60,586 nucleotides of DNA from Gammaproteobacteria bacterium (GCA_013373245.1 JABXID010000203.1:1-60586), one strand, 5' to 3'. Counted from the first letter of the stretch, positions 1 through 9,765 are shown. Notes: generated from the letters alone by a model not told the origin. Numbers and translations: made by a program.

Positions 1-116
1 TAAGACCGCACTTAAGTTTAGGAATGAAAACACCTAACCAAGTGCATAACGAAAAAGGCCAATGATAAAATCACTGGCCTTTAAAAAAAACCGTCAACTT
101 ATTTTAGGACGGGACA
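1..116 (+). mobile_element. Right end of an IS3-family insertion sequence (transposase C-terminus plus terminal inverted repeat)
   Basis: Bases 3-65 read RPHLSLGMKTPNQVHNEKGQ*, the RPHxSLxxxTP C-terminal motif of IS3-family OrfB. A hairpin follows at about 54-82, then GTCAACTTATTTTAGGACGGGACA ending in the canonical CA at 116. Confidence 0.8.
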
Positions 117-301
117 CTGATCGTTTATTTTGAATACTTCGATATCACTTAGGAGGCTGCTCATTAAGGCCTTCCCCTAGATACATGGTGATCTCCAGCA
201 CTTATAATATTTAATTCTATGTTATGGCTACTTTGAGTGCCTGTGTACTCGTTTGCCATCGAAACTTTAACTGTAATTTTGCTTATTTGGAGCTCAAGCT
301 A

Positions 302-1408
302 ATGCAACCTTCTAATTTTGAAACAATTTTTGAAGAGATCAGGTACTCGTCAAGTCAGCAAAATATGCTTAGCGCAGCGAAACTATTTTGCAAACAGAGT
401 TTAGATGGCGTGTTAATTACAACGCCGGATGTTAGAAACCCTAAAATACTCTATGCCAACCCTAAAATGTGTGAATTAACGGGTTATACAGAAAAAGAGT
501 TAGTTGGTCAGTCACCAAAAATATTTCAAGGCCCAAAAACACGAAGACAAACCATCAAGCGGTTAAAAAGAGATTTGTTAACGGATCGCCCATTTCACGG
601 CTCAACCGTTAATTACCGGAAAGACGGCACAGAGTATAATGTTGAGTGGAAAATCAACCCTGTAAAAAATGAGCATGGTGAGTTGATATTTTACTTATCG
701 ACGCAACGAGATATCAGTTACATTAAGTCGTTTGTGGCAGAACTATTTCGTTCGTCTAACGGCACAAAACAAGTGTTAATGGATTTATTAATGGGCGAAA
801 AACAATGCTTTATGCAACAAGGCTCTAATAAGCTTGTTGAACAGAGCGCGCCGGAAAACAGTGATACAGTTCACTCTTCTCAATCAAAGCAAATACATGA
901 AGAGTATGATTTATTTGACGACTTTGACTTGTTTGGTGAAGGTTTCATAGACAGTGAAGCTAATAACACCACAGATAACAACATGAATTATACGTCTTTG
1001 AGTGCTAGAGAGTTTTTAGAAAGCTCTGACATCGAACAAAGTGATCTCGCAGCACTCGAAGGAGCTATCGCAGACTGCGTGATCAATATTGAACTAGCAA
1101 AACACGGTATTAATCGGGCTTTATCACTTCAACTATGCATCAAAGAGCTGCATGAATTTGCCAATATAATGTTTATGCTTGATGAGTTTGCCAGCTTAGC
1201 TGACGCTCTATTTAAGCTGGTCGATGCATTGTCTCGTTGTGATCAAGGTTTAGCACAAGAGTTTACACTCGATATTCTGTATGAGCTGATCAATGATTTA
1301 AACGAATGGGTGAGTGATATTTTTGTTAATCAAAGTGCGCAAGATATTCATAATTTAGATGCCAGCATCATAAGTTCTGCCAAACAACTGACTATGATGG
1401 TTAGCTAA
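302..1408 (+). CDS. PAS (LOV-like fold, no photoactive Cys) sensor protein with acidic linker and helical C-terminal domain
   Basis: PAS motifs YANPKMCELTGY..ELVGQSPKIFQG and NYRKDG..W..INPV..QRDIS. ATG 302 has GGAG upstream; the ORF track starts at 224. Confidence 0.75.
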   Translation: MQPSNFETIFEEIRYSSSQQNMLSAAKLFCKQSLDGVLITTPDVRNPKILYANPKMCELTGYTEKELVGQSPKIFQGPKTRRQTIKRLKRDLLTDRPFHGSTVNYRKDGTEYNVEWKINPVKNEHGELIFYLSTQRDISYIKSFVAELFRSSNGTKQVLMDLLMGEKQCFMQQGSNKLVEQSAPENSDTVHSSQSKQIHEEYDLFDDFDLFGEGFIDSEANNTTDNNMNYTSLSAREFLESSDIEQSDLAALEGAIADCVINIELAKHGINRALSLQLCIKELHEFANIMFMLDEFASLADALFKLVDALSRCDQGLAQEFTLDILYELINDLNEWVSDIFVNQSAQDIHNLDASIISSAKQLTMMVS

Positions 1409-1425
1409 TCCTATTGTTCTTAGGC

Positions 1426-1459
1426 AAAAAAAAGCCCGGAAATACTTAAATACCGGGCT
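1426..1459 (-). terminator. Rho-independent terminator of the SdsR-like RNA
   Basis: AGCCCGG-N12-CCGGGCT stem with an A8 run on the + strand (U8 on the minus strand). Confidence 0.8.
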
Positions 1460-1551
1460 AGGGGAATGGCTCTCAATGAGCCGTGCGCTAACTGTTTCAT
1501 CCGCTAAATAATCTTCTTCTTATTTATTCAATAAATTTAACGTTGAAATAT
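1426..1551 (-). ncRNA. SdsR/RyeB-like small RNA
   Basis: The minus strand reads TTAGCGCACGGCTCATTGAGAGCCATTCCCCTAG, matching the SdsR core as I recall it (TTAGCGCACGGCTC...AGAGCCATTTCCCTGG). It is followed by a GCCCGG/CCGGGC terminator plus U8, with a CTATAGT sigmaS-type -10 at 1564-1558. The 5' end is inferred from the promoter. Confidence 0.7.
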
Positions 1552-1717
1552 GTCACCACTATAGATCACATATATTATAATGGAAAGTGATAACTGAAAA
1601 AAATTGCGTTATTTTTCAGCTGATTGATTTACCTCAATGTTACTTGCCCACCTATTACTCTCAACTTACCCACAAAGTTAACCACAACCCTCGTTTATTA
1701 ATATGTATTTAGAATTA

Positions 1718-1779
1718 TTGTCGACAAAGTTGCTATTTTTGTTTGAGTTTTTATAGTTAATGACTTACATTGTCGACAA
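1718..1779. promoter_or_regulatory. Two palindromic GntR/PrpR-type operators (TTGTCGACAA at 1718-1727 and 1770-1779)
   Basis: Identical ATTGTCGACAAAGT copies lie upstream of the GntR regulator of the prp operon; the GT-N-AC palindrome is typical of GntR/FadR-family sites. Confidence 0.8.
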
Positions 1780-1808
1780 AGTGGTTAATTTAAAGCTCAA
1801 CAGTTATC

Positions 1809-2489
1809 GTGAACTCCATATTTGAGACAGAACAAGCCGTAACATCAGCGGACAAAACCTTTATTAAAATGCGAGGTGATATCGTCGAAGGCAATATAGT
1901 TGCAGGTAGCAAATTGAGCGAAGCTGAATTGTCGACAAAATATCAAGTGAGTCGCGCTGTGATCCGTGAAGCAATAAATCGATTGGCAACTTGTCACTTA
2001 GTGGAACGTAAAGCAAATATCGGCGCCAGGGTTGTTGGCTTGTCACCAGAAGGCTTAGTTGAACTCTATCAAGTCAGAGAGTCATTAGAAGGCATGGCTG
2101 CTCGATTAGCGGCAAAAAATATGTCGGTTGATGAAATTGGTCAGTTAAAAGAGCTACTTAATCAACACTATGAAAAAGTTGAAGGTTCAGAGTCTTATTA
2201 TCAAGAGGCTGGCGATGTCGACTTTCACTATCGCATTATACTAGGCAGTAAAAATAGTCACCTTATATCCTTGTTACTTAACGGTATTTATCACCTAGTG
2301 CGGATGTACCGAGTCCAACTTGGTATGGCTGGTCCTAGGGTAAGCACCGCATTTGACGAACATAAAAATATTGTTAGTGCGATATCTAACCGCGATGAAG
2401 AGCTGGCAGAAATGTTAATGCGTCGACACATTACCTACTCAATGAGGAATATCCAAACTAAGCTTACGAACGAAAAGAATCGTCGTTAG
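1809..2489 (+). CDS. GntR/FCD-family transcriptional regulator of the methylcitrate operon
   Basis: N-terminal wHTH (KLSEAELSTKYQVSRAVIREA) and FCD domain (DVDFHYRI); first gene of the prp operon. Confidence 0.9.
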   Translation: MNSIFETEQAVTSADKTFIKMRGDIVEGNIVAGSKLSEAELSTKYQVSRAVIREAINRLATCHLVERKANIGARVVGLSPEGLVELYQVRESLEGMAARLAAKNMSVDEIGQLKELLNQHYEKVEGSESYYQEAGDVDFHYRIILGSKNSHLISLLLNGIYHLVRMYRVQLGMAGPRVSTAFDEHKNIVSAISNRDEELAEMLMRRHITYSMRNIQTKLTNEKNRR

Positions 2490-2540
2490 CTTTTTAGACA
2501 TTCACCCTACTAAATCAAAACAAAATAATACGAGACGAAA

Positions 2541-3419
2541 ATGAGTGCAGGAAAAAAATTTAGACAAGCTTTACTCGATAATTCACCGCTACAAATTGTC
2601 GGGACCATTAATCCATATTGCGCGATGATGGCTAAGCAAATAGGTCACAAGGCAATTTATCTGTCAGGCGGTGGTGTTGCTAACGCGTCTTATGGTTTAC
2701 CAGATTTAGGTATGACTTCACTAAACGACGTAATAGTTGACGTGCAACGCATTACTTCTGCATGTGATTTGCCACTTTTAGTTGATATAGACACAGGTTG
2801 GGGCGGTGCATTTAACATTGCAAAAACGATTAAGGATATGGAAAAGGCTGGTGCTGCTGCTGTTCATATGGAAGATCAGGTTGCGCAAAAACGCTGCGGT
2901 CATCGCCCAAATAAAGAAATCGTTTCTACTGAAGAGATGGTTGATCGAATTAAATCTGCGGTGGATGCCCGCACCGATCCAGACTTTTTTATTATGGCGC
3001 GTACCGATGCATTTGCTCAAGAAGGGTTAGACGCTGCAATTGAAAGAGCAAAAGCGTACGTAGAAGCCGGAGCAGACGGTATTTTTGCTGAAGCAGTCAA
3101 AACGGAAGAGCATTACAGAGCGTTCAGTGAAGCCTTGGATGTTCCAATTTTGGCTAACATTACCGAGTTTGGTCAAACCGAGTTGTGGAACAAAGAACAA
3201 TTAGGCGAGTGGGGCGCAGCTATGGTGCTTTATCCACTCAGTGCGTTTAGGGCGATGAACAAAGCGGCAGAAAATGTTTATACCAGCATTTTAGAAAATG
3301 GCGATCAGAAACAAGTAGTAGACAGCATGCAAACTCGAATGGAGTTGTATGATTATCTTGGTTATCACGAGTACGAGCAAATGTTAGACTCGTTATTCGC
3401 TGAAGGCAAAAATAAATAA
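2541..3419 (+). CDS. prpB: Methylisocitrate lyase
   Basis: [10 protein letters not shown] and KRCGHRP motifs; prp context. Confidence 0.97.
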   Translation: MSAGKKFRQALLDNSPLQIVGTINPYCAMMAKQIGHKAIYLSGGGVANASYGLPDLGMTSLNDVIVDVQRITSACDLPLLVDIDTGWGGAFNIAKTIKDMEKAGAAAVHMEDQVAQKRCGHRPNKEIVSTEEMVDRIKSAVDARTDPDFFIMARTDAFAQEGLDAAIERAKAYVEAGADGIFAEAVKTEEHYRAFSEALDVPILANITEFGQTELWNKEQLGEWGAAMVLYPLSAFRAMNKAAENVYTSILENGDQKQVVDSMQTRMELYDYLGYHEYEQMLDSLFAEGKNK

Positions 3420-3505
3420 CAAATTATAAAAAAATAAAGCGGCATAAGCTGTATTTCAAATAACTCTACAGTGCCTTTTTAGGCATTAACAACAGGATTA
3501 ATACA

Positions 3506-4630
3506 ATGGTTGATAAAAAATTAGGTGGTGCAGGGCTTCGCGGTCAAAGTGCGGGTGAAACTAAATTATGTACGGTTGGTAAGTCTGGTTCTGGCTTAAC
3601 GTATTGCGGTTACGACGTGTCAGATTTAGCAGACAATGCAACCTTTGAAGAAGTGGCTTATTTGCTCTTTAACGGTGACCTACCAAATCAACAACAGTTA
3701 GACGATTATAAATCAGCATTAAAGCGACAACGTGACTTACCACAAGCGCTTAAAGAAGTTTTGCAGCGTATTCCAGCCACAGCACATCCTATGGATGTGA
3801 TGCGCACAGGTTGTTCCTTTTTGGGAAATATAGAACCTGAAGTTGATTTTAGTGAGCAGAATAATACGGCAAATCGTTTGTTAGCGGCATTCCCGGCCAT
3901 TATGTGTTACTGGTATCGTTACTCTCATGATGGTGTTGAAATTGATTGCAACACAGATGAGGAATCGCTCGGTGGTCACTTTTTAAAGTTGTTGTTAGAC
4001 GAAACACCATCAGAATTGCATCGTAAAGTGATGGATGTATCTTTGATTTTATACGCCGAACATGAATTTAATGCTTCAACGTTTACCGCCAGAGTCTGTG
4101 CTTCTACATTGTCAGATATGTTCTCTTGCATTACTGGCGCAATTGGTTCACTTCGAGGACCGTTGCACGGCGGAGCGAACGAAGCGGCAATGGATATGAT
4201 CCAAAAATTTAAATCGCCAGAAGACGCAAAAGTTCAAATGGCAGGCATGTTAGAACGTAAAGAAAAAATTATGGGCTTTGGTCACGCCATTTATCGCGAG
4301 TCAGATCCAAGAAATGTGATCATCAAGAAGTGGTCTGAAAAACTAGCAAATGAATTTGGTGATACGTCTTTATACGATATCTCAGTCGCTTGCGAAGAAT
4401 ACATGTGGGACACCAAAAAGCTATTCTGCAACGCTGACTTTTTCCACGCGTCAGCGTATCACTTTATGGGAATTCCAACGAAATTGTTCACACCTATTTT
4501 TGTGTGTTCTAGATTAACTGGTTGGGCGGCTCATGTTATGGAGCAGCGCTCAAACAATCGTATCATTCGCCCAAGTGCTGATTACACAGGCGTAGAACCA
4601 AGAAAAGTGCAACCAATCGCCTCGCGTTAA
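3506..4630 (+). CDS. prpC: 2-methylcitrate synthase
   Basis: GLRGQSAGET, HEFNAST, GPLHGGANE and MGFGHAIY motifs. Confidence 0.97.
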   Translation: MVDKKLGGAGLRGQSAGETKLCTVGKSGSGLTYCGYDVSDLADNATFEEVAYLLFNGDLPNQQQLDDYKSALKRQRDLPQALKEVLQRIPATAHPMDVMRTGCSFLGNIEPEVDFSEQNNTANRLLAAFPAIMCYWYRYSHDGVEIDCNTDEESLGGHFLKLLLDETPSELHRKVMDVSLILYAEHEFNASTFTARVCASTLSDMFSCITGAIGSLRGPLHGGANEAAMDMIQKFKSPEDAKVQMAGMLERKEKIMGFGHAIYRESDPRNVIIKKWSEKLANEFGDTSLYDISVACEEYMWDTKKLFCNADFFHASAYHFMGIPTKLFTPIFVCSRLTGWAAHVMEQRSNNRIIRPSADYTGVEPRKVQPIASR

Positions 4631-4733
4631 ATATTGCCTTTCCTGTAAGTGACCGATGATCATTTAAAAATATGTCCACCGGTCACCTTTATCTTATTTA
4701 TACGATCATCTAAATACACGATTGGAAGTCACC

Positions 4734-7349
4734 ATGAATTACCAGTATCGCAAACCGCTATTAGACACCGGCATAGATTTTTATGACACCAAAGAGGCCA
4801 TTGAAGCTATAAAACCGGGCAGTTACGCCAAGTTACCATACACTTCAAGAGTATTAGCAGAACAGTTAGTTCGAAAATGCAACCCAGACGATTTAACTGC
4901 GTCGTTACGACAAATTATCGACAATAAACGAGAGCTCGATTTTCCTTGGTATCCGGCAAGAGTTGTGTGTCATGATATTTTAGGTCAGACCGCCTTGGTT
5001 GACTTGGCCGGTTTGCGTGATGCCATTGCAGATAAAGGAGGAGACCCCGCTAAAGTAAACCCGGTTGTACCAACACAACTTATCGTTGACCACTCATTAG
5101 CGGTGGAACATGCGGGATATGACGCAGATGCCTTTGATAAAAACCGCGCCATTGAAGAGCGACGTAACGAAGACAGGTTCCATTTTATAGAGTGGACCAA
5201 AACAGCGTTTAAAAACGTGGACGTTATTCCAGCTGGAAACGGCATCATGCATCAAATTAATCTGGAAAAAATGTCGCCGGTTATTCAATTGAGAGACGGT
5301 GTGGCTTTCCCTGACACTTGTGTTGGCACCGACAGCCATACACCTCATGTTGATGCACTTGGCGTTATTGCTATAGGGGTAGGTGGATTAGAAGCGGAAA
5401 CCGTTATGTTGGGCAGACCTTCGATGATGCGCTTACCTAATATTGTCGGCGTAAAGCTGATTGGTGAGAGAAAACCGGGTATTACTGCAACTGATATCGT
5501 TTTAGCGATCACTGAGTTTTTACGCAATCAAAAAGTGGTTGGTGCATATTTAGAGTTTTTCGGTGAAGGCGCAAGCTCATTATCTATAGGTGATAGAGCG
5601 ACAATTTCGAACATGACCCCTGAATACGGCGCCTCTGCTGGCATGTTTTACATCGACGAACAAACCATTGATTATTTGAAAATCACAGGTCGTGAATCAG
5701 AACAAGTTCAATTGGTTGAAACCTATGCCAAACACACTGGTTTATGGGCTGACGATTTAGTAGATGCTGAATATGAGCGAGTGCTTGAATTTGATCTATC
5801 AAGTGTTGGTCGCAACATGGCAGGTCCGTCAAACCCGCATCGTCGTTTGCCAACATCAGCCCTTAAAGAGCGTGAAATCGCTGGCAATTTGGCAGATGCT
5901 AAAGCACAAGAAGCTTCAGGTTTAATGCCTGATGGCGCATGTATCATCGCTGCGATTACTTCTTGTACTAATACATCAAATCCGCGAAATGTTGTGGCAG
6001 CAGGTCTCGTTGCCAAACGAGCAAACGAATTAGGCTTAGTGCGTAAACCTTGGGTGAAAACGTCTTTTGCACCAGGCTCTAAAGTGGCAAAACTGTATTT
6101 AGAAGAAGCTGGTTTATTATCTGAAATGGAAAAACTGGGCTTTGGTATTGTCGCTTATGCCTGTACGACCTGTAATGGTATGTCAGGCGCGTTGGAACCA
6201 AAAATTCAACAGGAAGTCATTGACCGTGATTTATACGCCACCGCGGTTCTTTCAGGGAACCGTAATTTTGATGGCCGTATCCACCCTTATGCAAAACAAG
6301 CGTTTCTTGCATCACCGCCATTAGTCGTCGCTTATGCGATTGCCGGTACGGTTCGCTTTGATATCGAACAAGACGCTCTTGGCCTCGATAAGGATGGCAA
6401 TGCCATTACGCTAAAAGACATTTGGCCGAGTGATGAAGAAATCGATGCGATTGTGAATGAGTATGTAAAACCTGAGCAATTCAAAAAGGTTTACACGCCG
6501 ATGTTTGATTTAGGTTCATTTGAACCCGCGGAAAGTCCATTATACGACTGGCGCCCGCAATCAACCTATATTCGTCGACCACCATACTGGGAAGGTGCAT
6601 TGGCTGGAGAACGCACCATGAAAGGTATGCGTCCACTGGCGGTGTTAGGAGATAACATCACAACGGATCACCTATCGCCGTCAAATGCGATTATGTTAGA
6701 CAGCGCCGCAGGCGCGTACCTTCACAAAATGGGATTGCCGGAAGAGGATTTTAACTCGTATGCAACGCATCGTGGCGATCACTTAACCGCACAGCGAGCA
6801 ACATTTGCTAATCCTAAGTTATTTAACGAAATGTGTTATGAAAATGGCCCTAATGGAGAAAAGATCACAAAACAAGGCTCGTTGGCGAGAATTGAACCAG
6901 AAGGCAAAGAAAGCCGCATGTGGGAAGCAATAGAAACCTACATGGCACGGAAACAGCCTTTGATTATTGTTGCAGGTGCAGATTACGGACAAGGCTCATC
7001 AAGAGATTGGGCGGCGAAAGGCGTTCGATTAGCGGGCGTGGAAGTTATTGTAGCAGAAGGCTTTGAGCGCATTCATCGTACAAACTTGATAGGCATGGGA
7101 GTGTTGCCACTTGAGTTTGTTAACGGCGAAACTCGACATACCTACCATATAGATGGCACTGAAACGTTTGATGTGACAGGTGAAACGTCGCCAGGCGGAG
7201 CAATGTCTGTACAAATGACCAGGAAAAATGGTGAGAAGATCACTATTCCTGTTAAGTGTCGTTTAGATACAGCGGAAGAAGTGGTTGTACACGCAGCTGG
7301 TGGTGTATTACAGAAATTCGCCCAAGACTTCCTGCAATCAAACGTCTAA
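4734..7349 (+). CDS. acnD: Fe/S-dependent 2-methylisocitrate dehydratase
   Basis: Aconitase fold with ARVVCHDILGQTALVDL, SCTNTSNP and CTTCNGMSG; adjacent to prpF; ATG at 4734. Confidence 0.95.
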   Translation: MNYQYRKPLLDTGIDFYDTKEAIEAIKPGSYAKLPYTSRVLAEQLVRKCNPDDLTASLRQIIDNKRELDFPWYPARVVCHDILGQTALVDLAGLRDAIADKGGDPAKVNPVVPTQLIVDHSLAVEHAGYDADAFDKNRAIEERRNEDRFHFIEWTKTAFKNVDVIPAGNGIMHQINLEKMSPVIQLRDGVAFPDTCVGTDSHTPHVDALGVIAIGVGGLEAETVMLGRPSMMRLPNIVGVKLIGERKPGITATDIVLAITEFLRNQKVVGAYLEFFGEGASSLSIGDRATISNMTPEYGASAGMFYIDEQTIDYLKITGRESEQVQLVETYAKHTGLWADDLVDAEYERVLEFDLSSVGRNMAGPSNPHRRLPTSALKEREIAGNLADAKAQEASGLMPDGACIIAAITSCTNTSNPRNVVAAGLVAKRANELGLVRKPWVKTSFAPGSKVAKLYLEEAGLLSEMEKLGFGIVAYACTTCNGMSGALEPKIQQEVIDRDLYATAVLSGNRNFDGRIHPYAKQAFLASPPLVVAYAIAGTVRFDIEQDALGLDKDGNAITLKDIWPSDEEIDAIVNEYVKPEQFKKVYTPMFDLGSFEPAESPLYDWRPQSTYIRRPPYWEGALAGERTMKGMRPLAVLGDNITTDHLSPSNAIMLDSAAGAYLHKMGLPEEDFNSYATHRGDHLTAQRATFANPKLFNEMCYENGPNGEKITKQGSLARIEPEGKESRMWEAIETYMARKQPLIIVAGADYGQGSSRDWAAKGVRLAGVEVIVAEGFERIHRTNLIGMGVLPLEFVNGETRHTYHIDGTETFDVTGETSPGGAMSVQMTRKNGEKITIPVKCRLDTAEEVVVHAAGGVLQKFAQDFLQSNV

Positions 7350-7470
7350 CTGGTTATTTTATTTGATAGCTGCGTTAAAAGTGCTCACTTGGTAAACCAA
7401 GCTCTGCGCTTTCGCCTTGCTCTCAAACAAAATTCCTGCGTTATCCATTTAATCAATTTTTGAATGGCAC
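7350..7470. repeat. ERIC-like intergenic palindromic repeat
   Basis: The reverse strand reads GCAAGGCG...GAGCTTGGTTTACCAAGTGAGC...AACGCAGC. Its central hairpin resembles the ERIC core GAGCTTAC..GTAAGTGA, with imperfect outer arms. Confidence 0.5.
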
Positions 7471-7491
7471 TTTTAGAGTGCGATTTAATTC

Positions 7492-7514
7492 GTCATCCCC
7501 GCGAAGGCGGGGAT
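7492..7514. repeat. REP-like short palindrome GTCATCCCCGCGAAGGCGGGGATC
   Basis: GC-rich ATCCCCGC-GAAG-GCGGGGAT hairpin preceded by GTC, typical of GTCAT-type REP elements. Confidence 0.6.
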
Positions 7515-7537
7515 CTTATTAAAGGTTAATTTATAAA

Positions 7538-8725
7538 ATGTCTCATAAACCTCAAATCAAAATCCCTGCAACTTATATGCGTGGTGGCACTTCAAAAGGT
7601 GTTTTTTTCAATTTAACGGATTTACCAGAATCTGCACAGGTTGCAGGAGAAACACGAGACAAAATTCTATTACGCGTGATTGGTAGTCCAGATCCATATG
7701 GTAAACATACCGATGGCATGGGCGGTGCTACTTCAAGTACGAGTAAAACGGTGATCATCAGTAAAAGTTCGGTGCACGACCACGATGTGGATTATTTATT
7801 TGGCCAGGTAGCAATAGACAAACCTTTCATAGATTGGAGTGGAAACTGTGGCAATTTAACAGCTGCCGTTGGCTCATTTGCTATTAATAATGGCTTAGTA
7901 GATCCACAACGTATTCCAAAAAACGGTGTTGCCAAAGTTCGTATTTGGCAAAAAAATATCAGTAAAACAATCGTCGCTCATGTACCAATAACTAATGGTC
8001 AAGTGCAAGAAACGGGTGACTTTGAACTAGATGGCGTCACATTTCCAGCGGCGGAAGTGCAGGTTGATTTTGTTGCCCCGGTAGATGCGACAGACGCTAT
8101 GTTTCCAACTGGCAATCTTGTCGACGTATTAGAAGTTCCGGGCAACGGAATTTTTTCGGGCGCTAGTTTACAAGCAACCATGATAAATGCCGGTATACCG
8201 ACTATTTTCTTAAATGCAGATGAACTTGGGTATGAAGGCACTGAGTTGCAAGAACACATTAATTCAGATGAAAAAGCATTAGCGATGTTTGAATATATTC
8301 GAGCTCACGGCGCATTAAAGATGGGGCTAATAAATGATATTGAACAAGCTCAGGAGAGACAACACACGCCAAAGATAGCAATTGTTTCACCGGCAAAAAG
8401 TTATCTTTCTTCGAGTGGTAAACAGGTTGTAGCTAATGATATTGATCTGAATGTAAGAGCTTTGTCTATGGGCAAACTCCATCACGCTATGATGGGAACT
8501 GCCGCTGTTGCAATAGGGACCGCAGCTGCCATACCTAATACTCTGGTTAATTTAGCAGCAGGTGGCGGAGATGTTACCTCTGTGACTTTCGGCCACCCTT
8601 CCGGTACGTTAAAAGTTGGCGCAGAAACAGCCAATTTAGATGGGCAATGGCAAGTTAACAAAGTCTCTATGAGCCGCAGTGCCCGGGTATTAATGGAAGG
8701 CTGGGTAAGGATCCCGCAGGATTAA
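7538..8725 (+). CDS. prpF: 2-methylaconitate cis-trans isomerase
   Basis: YMRGGTSKG, GGATSSTSK, SGNCGNL and HPSG motifs. Confidence 0.97.
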   Translation: MSHKPQIKIPATYMRGGTSKGVFFNLTDLPESAQVAGETRDKILLRVIGSPDPYGKHTDGMGGATSSTSKTVIISKSSVHDHDVDYLFGQVAIDKPFIDWSGNCGNLTAAVGSFAINNGLVDPQRIPKNGVAKVRIWQKNISKTIVAHVPITNGQVQETGDFELDGVTFPAAEVQVDFVAPVDATDAMFPTGNLVDVLEVPGNGIFSGASLQATMINAGIPTIFLNADELGYEGTELQEHINSDEKALAMFEYIRAHGALKMGLINDIEQAQERQHTPKIAIVSPAKSYLSSSGKQVVANDIDLNVRALSMGKLHHAMMGTAAVAIGTAAAIPNTLVNLAAGGGDVTSVTFGHPSGTLKVGAETANLDGQWQVNKVSMSRSARVLMEGWVRIPQD

Positions 8726-8733
8726 TTTCGTGG

Positions 8734-9615
8734 CTAAAATGAGTCCCATAAAAATTGCGCTGCGGGGCCTAAGATTTGGTTTCTGTTTTTGACCAATCGG
8801 GTTTCCACTATGATAGGCGAGGTACTGGATTGGAACGAGAACTTAAAAAACTCTTGTTCCATCTCGTCATTCCACAAAGCATCGCTCATCGCCCCCCAGC
8901 CCAAGGGAGCTTTAAGTGCTGCAATAAAATAATGAATGTCGTCAAGCTTAATGATCGATTTGCCAATATGAGGCACAAGAGAAGATGGTTGGATATTTAA
9001 TGCAAGCTGTTGCGGCACTACTTGTGGCAACTGACTCAATATCTTGTTGGTGATCTGTGAAGACTCAGTAATGCCAAATGGCTCAAACAACGACTTATGA
9101 CCACATAAAAAGAAGCTAAAGTTGTTTATCAACTTAGACTCAAAATTGCCTTCTGATTCAAAAGTAACCAACCAAGGACTGATCACTAAATCTACCGAAC
9201 CTTCTTGTAACAAGGTTAACGAGTTTAATTGATGGCTACTTTTGATTAACAGTTCAGTATTAGGGAATTTATGCTGTAAGGCTTTTAAATAGGCGACATT
9301 TGCATTGATATTGGTACTGCTTTCAATTGCGATGTTGACTTGATGTTCTTCGCCGCGCCGAAAACTGTCGGTTAAGCTTTCTAAACCAGCAACTTGTTCC
9401 AATATAACACGAGATTTTTGATAGAAAATTTTACCTTTGTCCGTCAATTGCAAACGATATTTATTGCGATGAAAAATAGTAAATCCAACATCTTGTTCTA
9501 ATCTTTTTATTGCCATGCTGACAGCAGGTTGAGTTTTACAAAGGATTTCTGCAGCTTGGTTAATAGAACCTGTTTTAACTACTGCGTGCAGGGAGCGAAG
9601 CAAGTCTAAATTCAT
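8734..9615 (-). CDS. LysR-family transcriptional regulator
   Basis: GSINQAAEILCKTQPAVSMAIKRLE HTH; divergent from the RND operon. Confidence 0.92.
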   Translation of the reverse strand: MNLDLLRSLHAVVKTGSINQAAEILCKTQPAVSMAIKRLEQDVGFTIFHRNKYRLQLTDKGKIFYQKSRVILEQVAGLESLTDSFRRGEEHQVNIAIESSTNINANVAYLKALQHKFPNTELLIKSSHQLNSLTLLQEGSVDLVISPWLVTFESEGNFESKLINNFSFFLCGHKSLFEPFGITESSQITNKILSQLPQVVPQQLALNIQPSSLVPHIGKSIIKLDDIHYFIAALKAPLGWGAMSDALWNDEMEQEFFKFSFQSSTSPIIVETRLVKNRNQILGPAAQFLWDSF

Positions 9616-9662
9616 AATCGCTTGAACTGTATGTTTTGGAGGTGAATATCAGGATTTTAATA

Positions 9663-9679
9663 TATAAAAATAATTTATA
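9663..9679. promoter_or_regulatory. Putative LysR box (TATAAA-N5-TTTATA, T-N11-A)
   Basis: Dyad between the divergent LysR and MFP genes. The region is very AT-rich, so specificity is limited. Confidence 0.4.
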
Positions 9680-9765
9680 AAGATGTTAATTTAATATAAA
9701 TATTATTAAATTAAATCCTGAGTTAAGTTAGTAAATGTTGGATAAATCTCGACGGGAAAAAATAA

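Noticed and set aside
224-301. N-terminal extensions in the ORF track (PAS gene; also acnD 4722, RND 10865, sulfotransferase 41426, sigma 46736, oxidoreductase 51715)
   Set aside because: Downstream ATGs have better ribosome-binding context or avoid overlap with terminators and upstream genes.
302-730. Calling the PAS domain a blue-light LOV photoreceptor linked to the photolyase cluster
   Set aside because: It lacks the NCRFLQ cysteine and lies 45 kb from the cluster.
4649-4687. GTGACCG...CGGTCAC inverted repeat between prpC and acnD
   Set aside because: Short stem with a long loop inside an operon; at most an mRNA-stabilising hairpin, not supportable as a terminator or repeat element.
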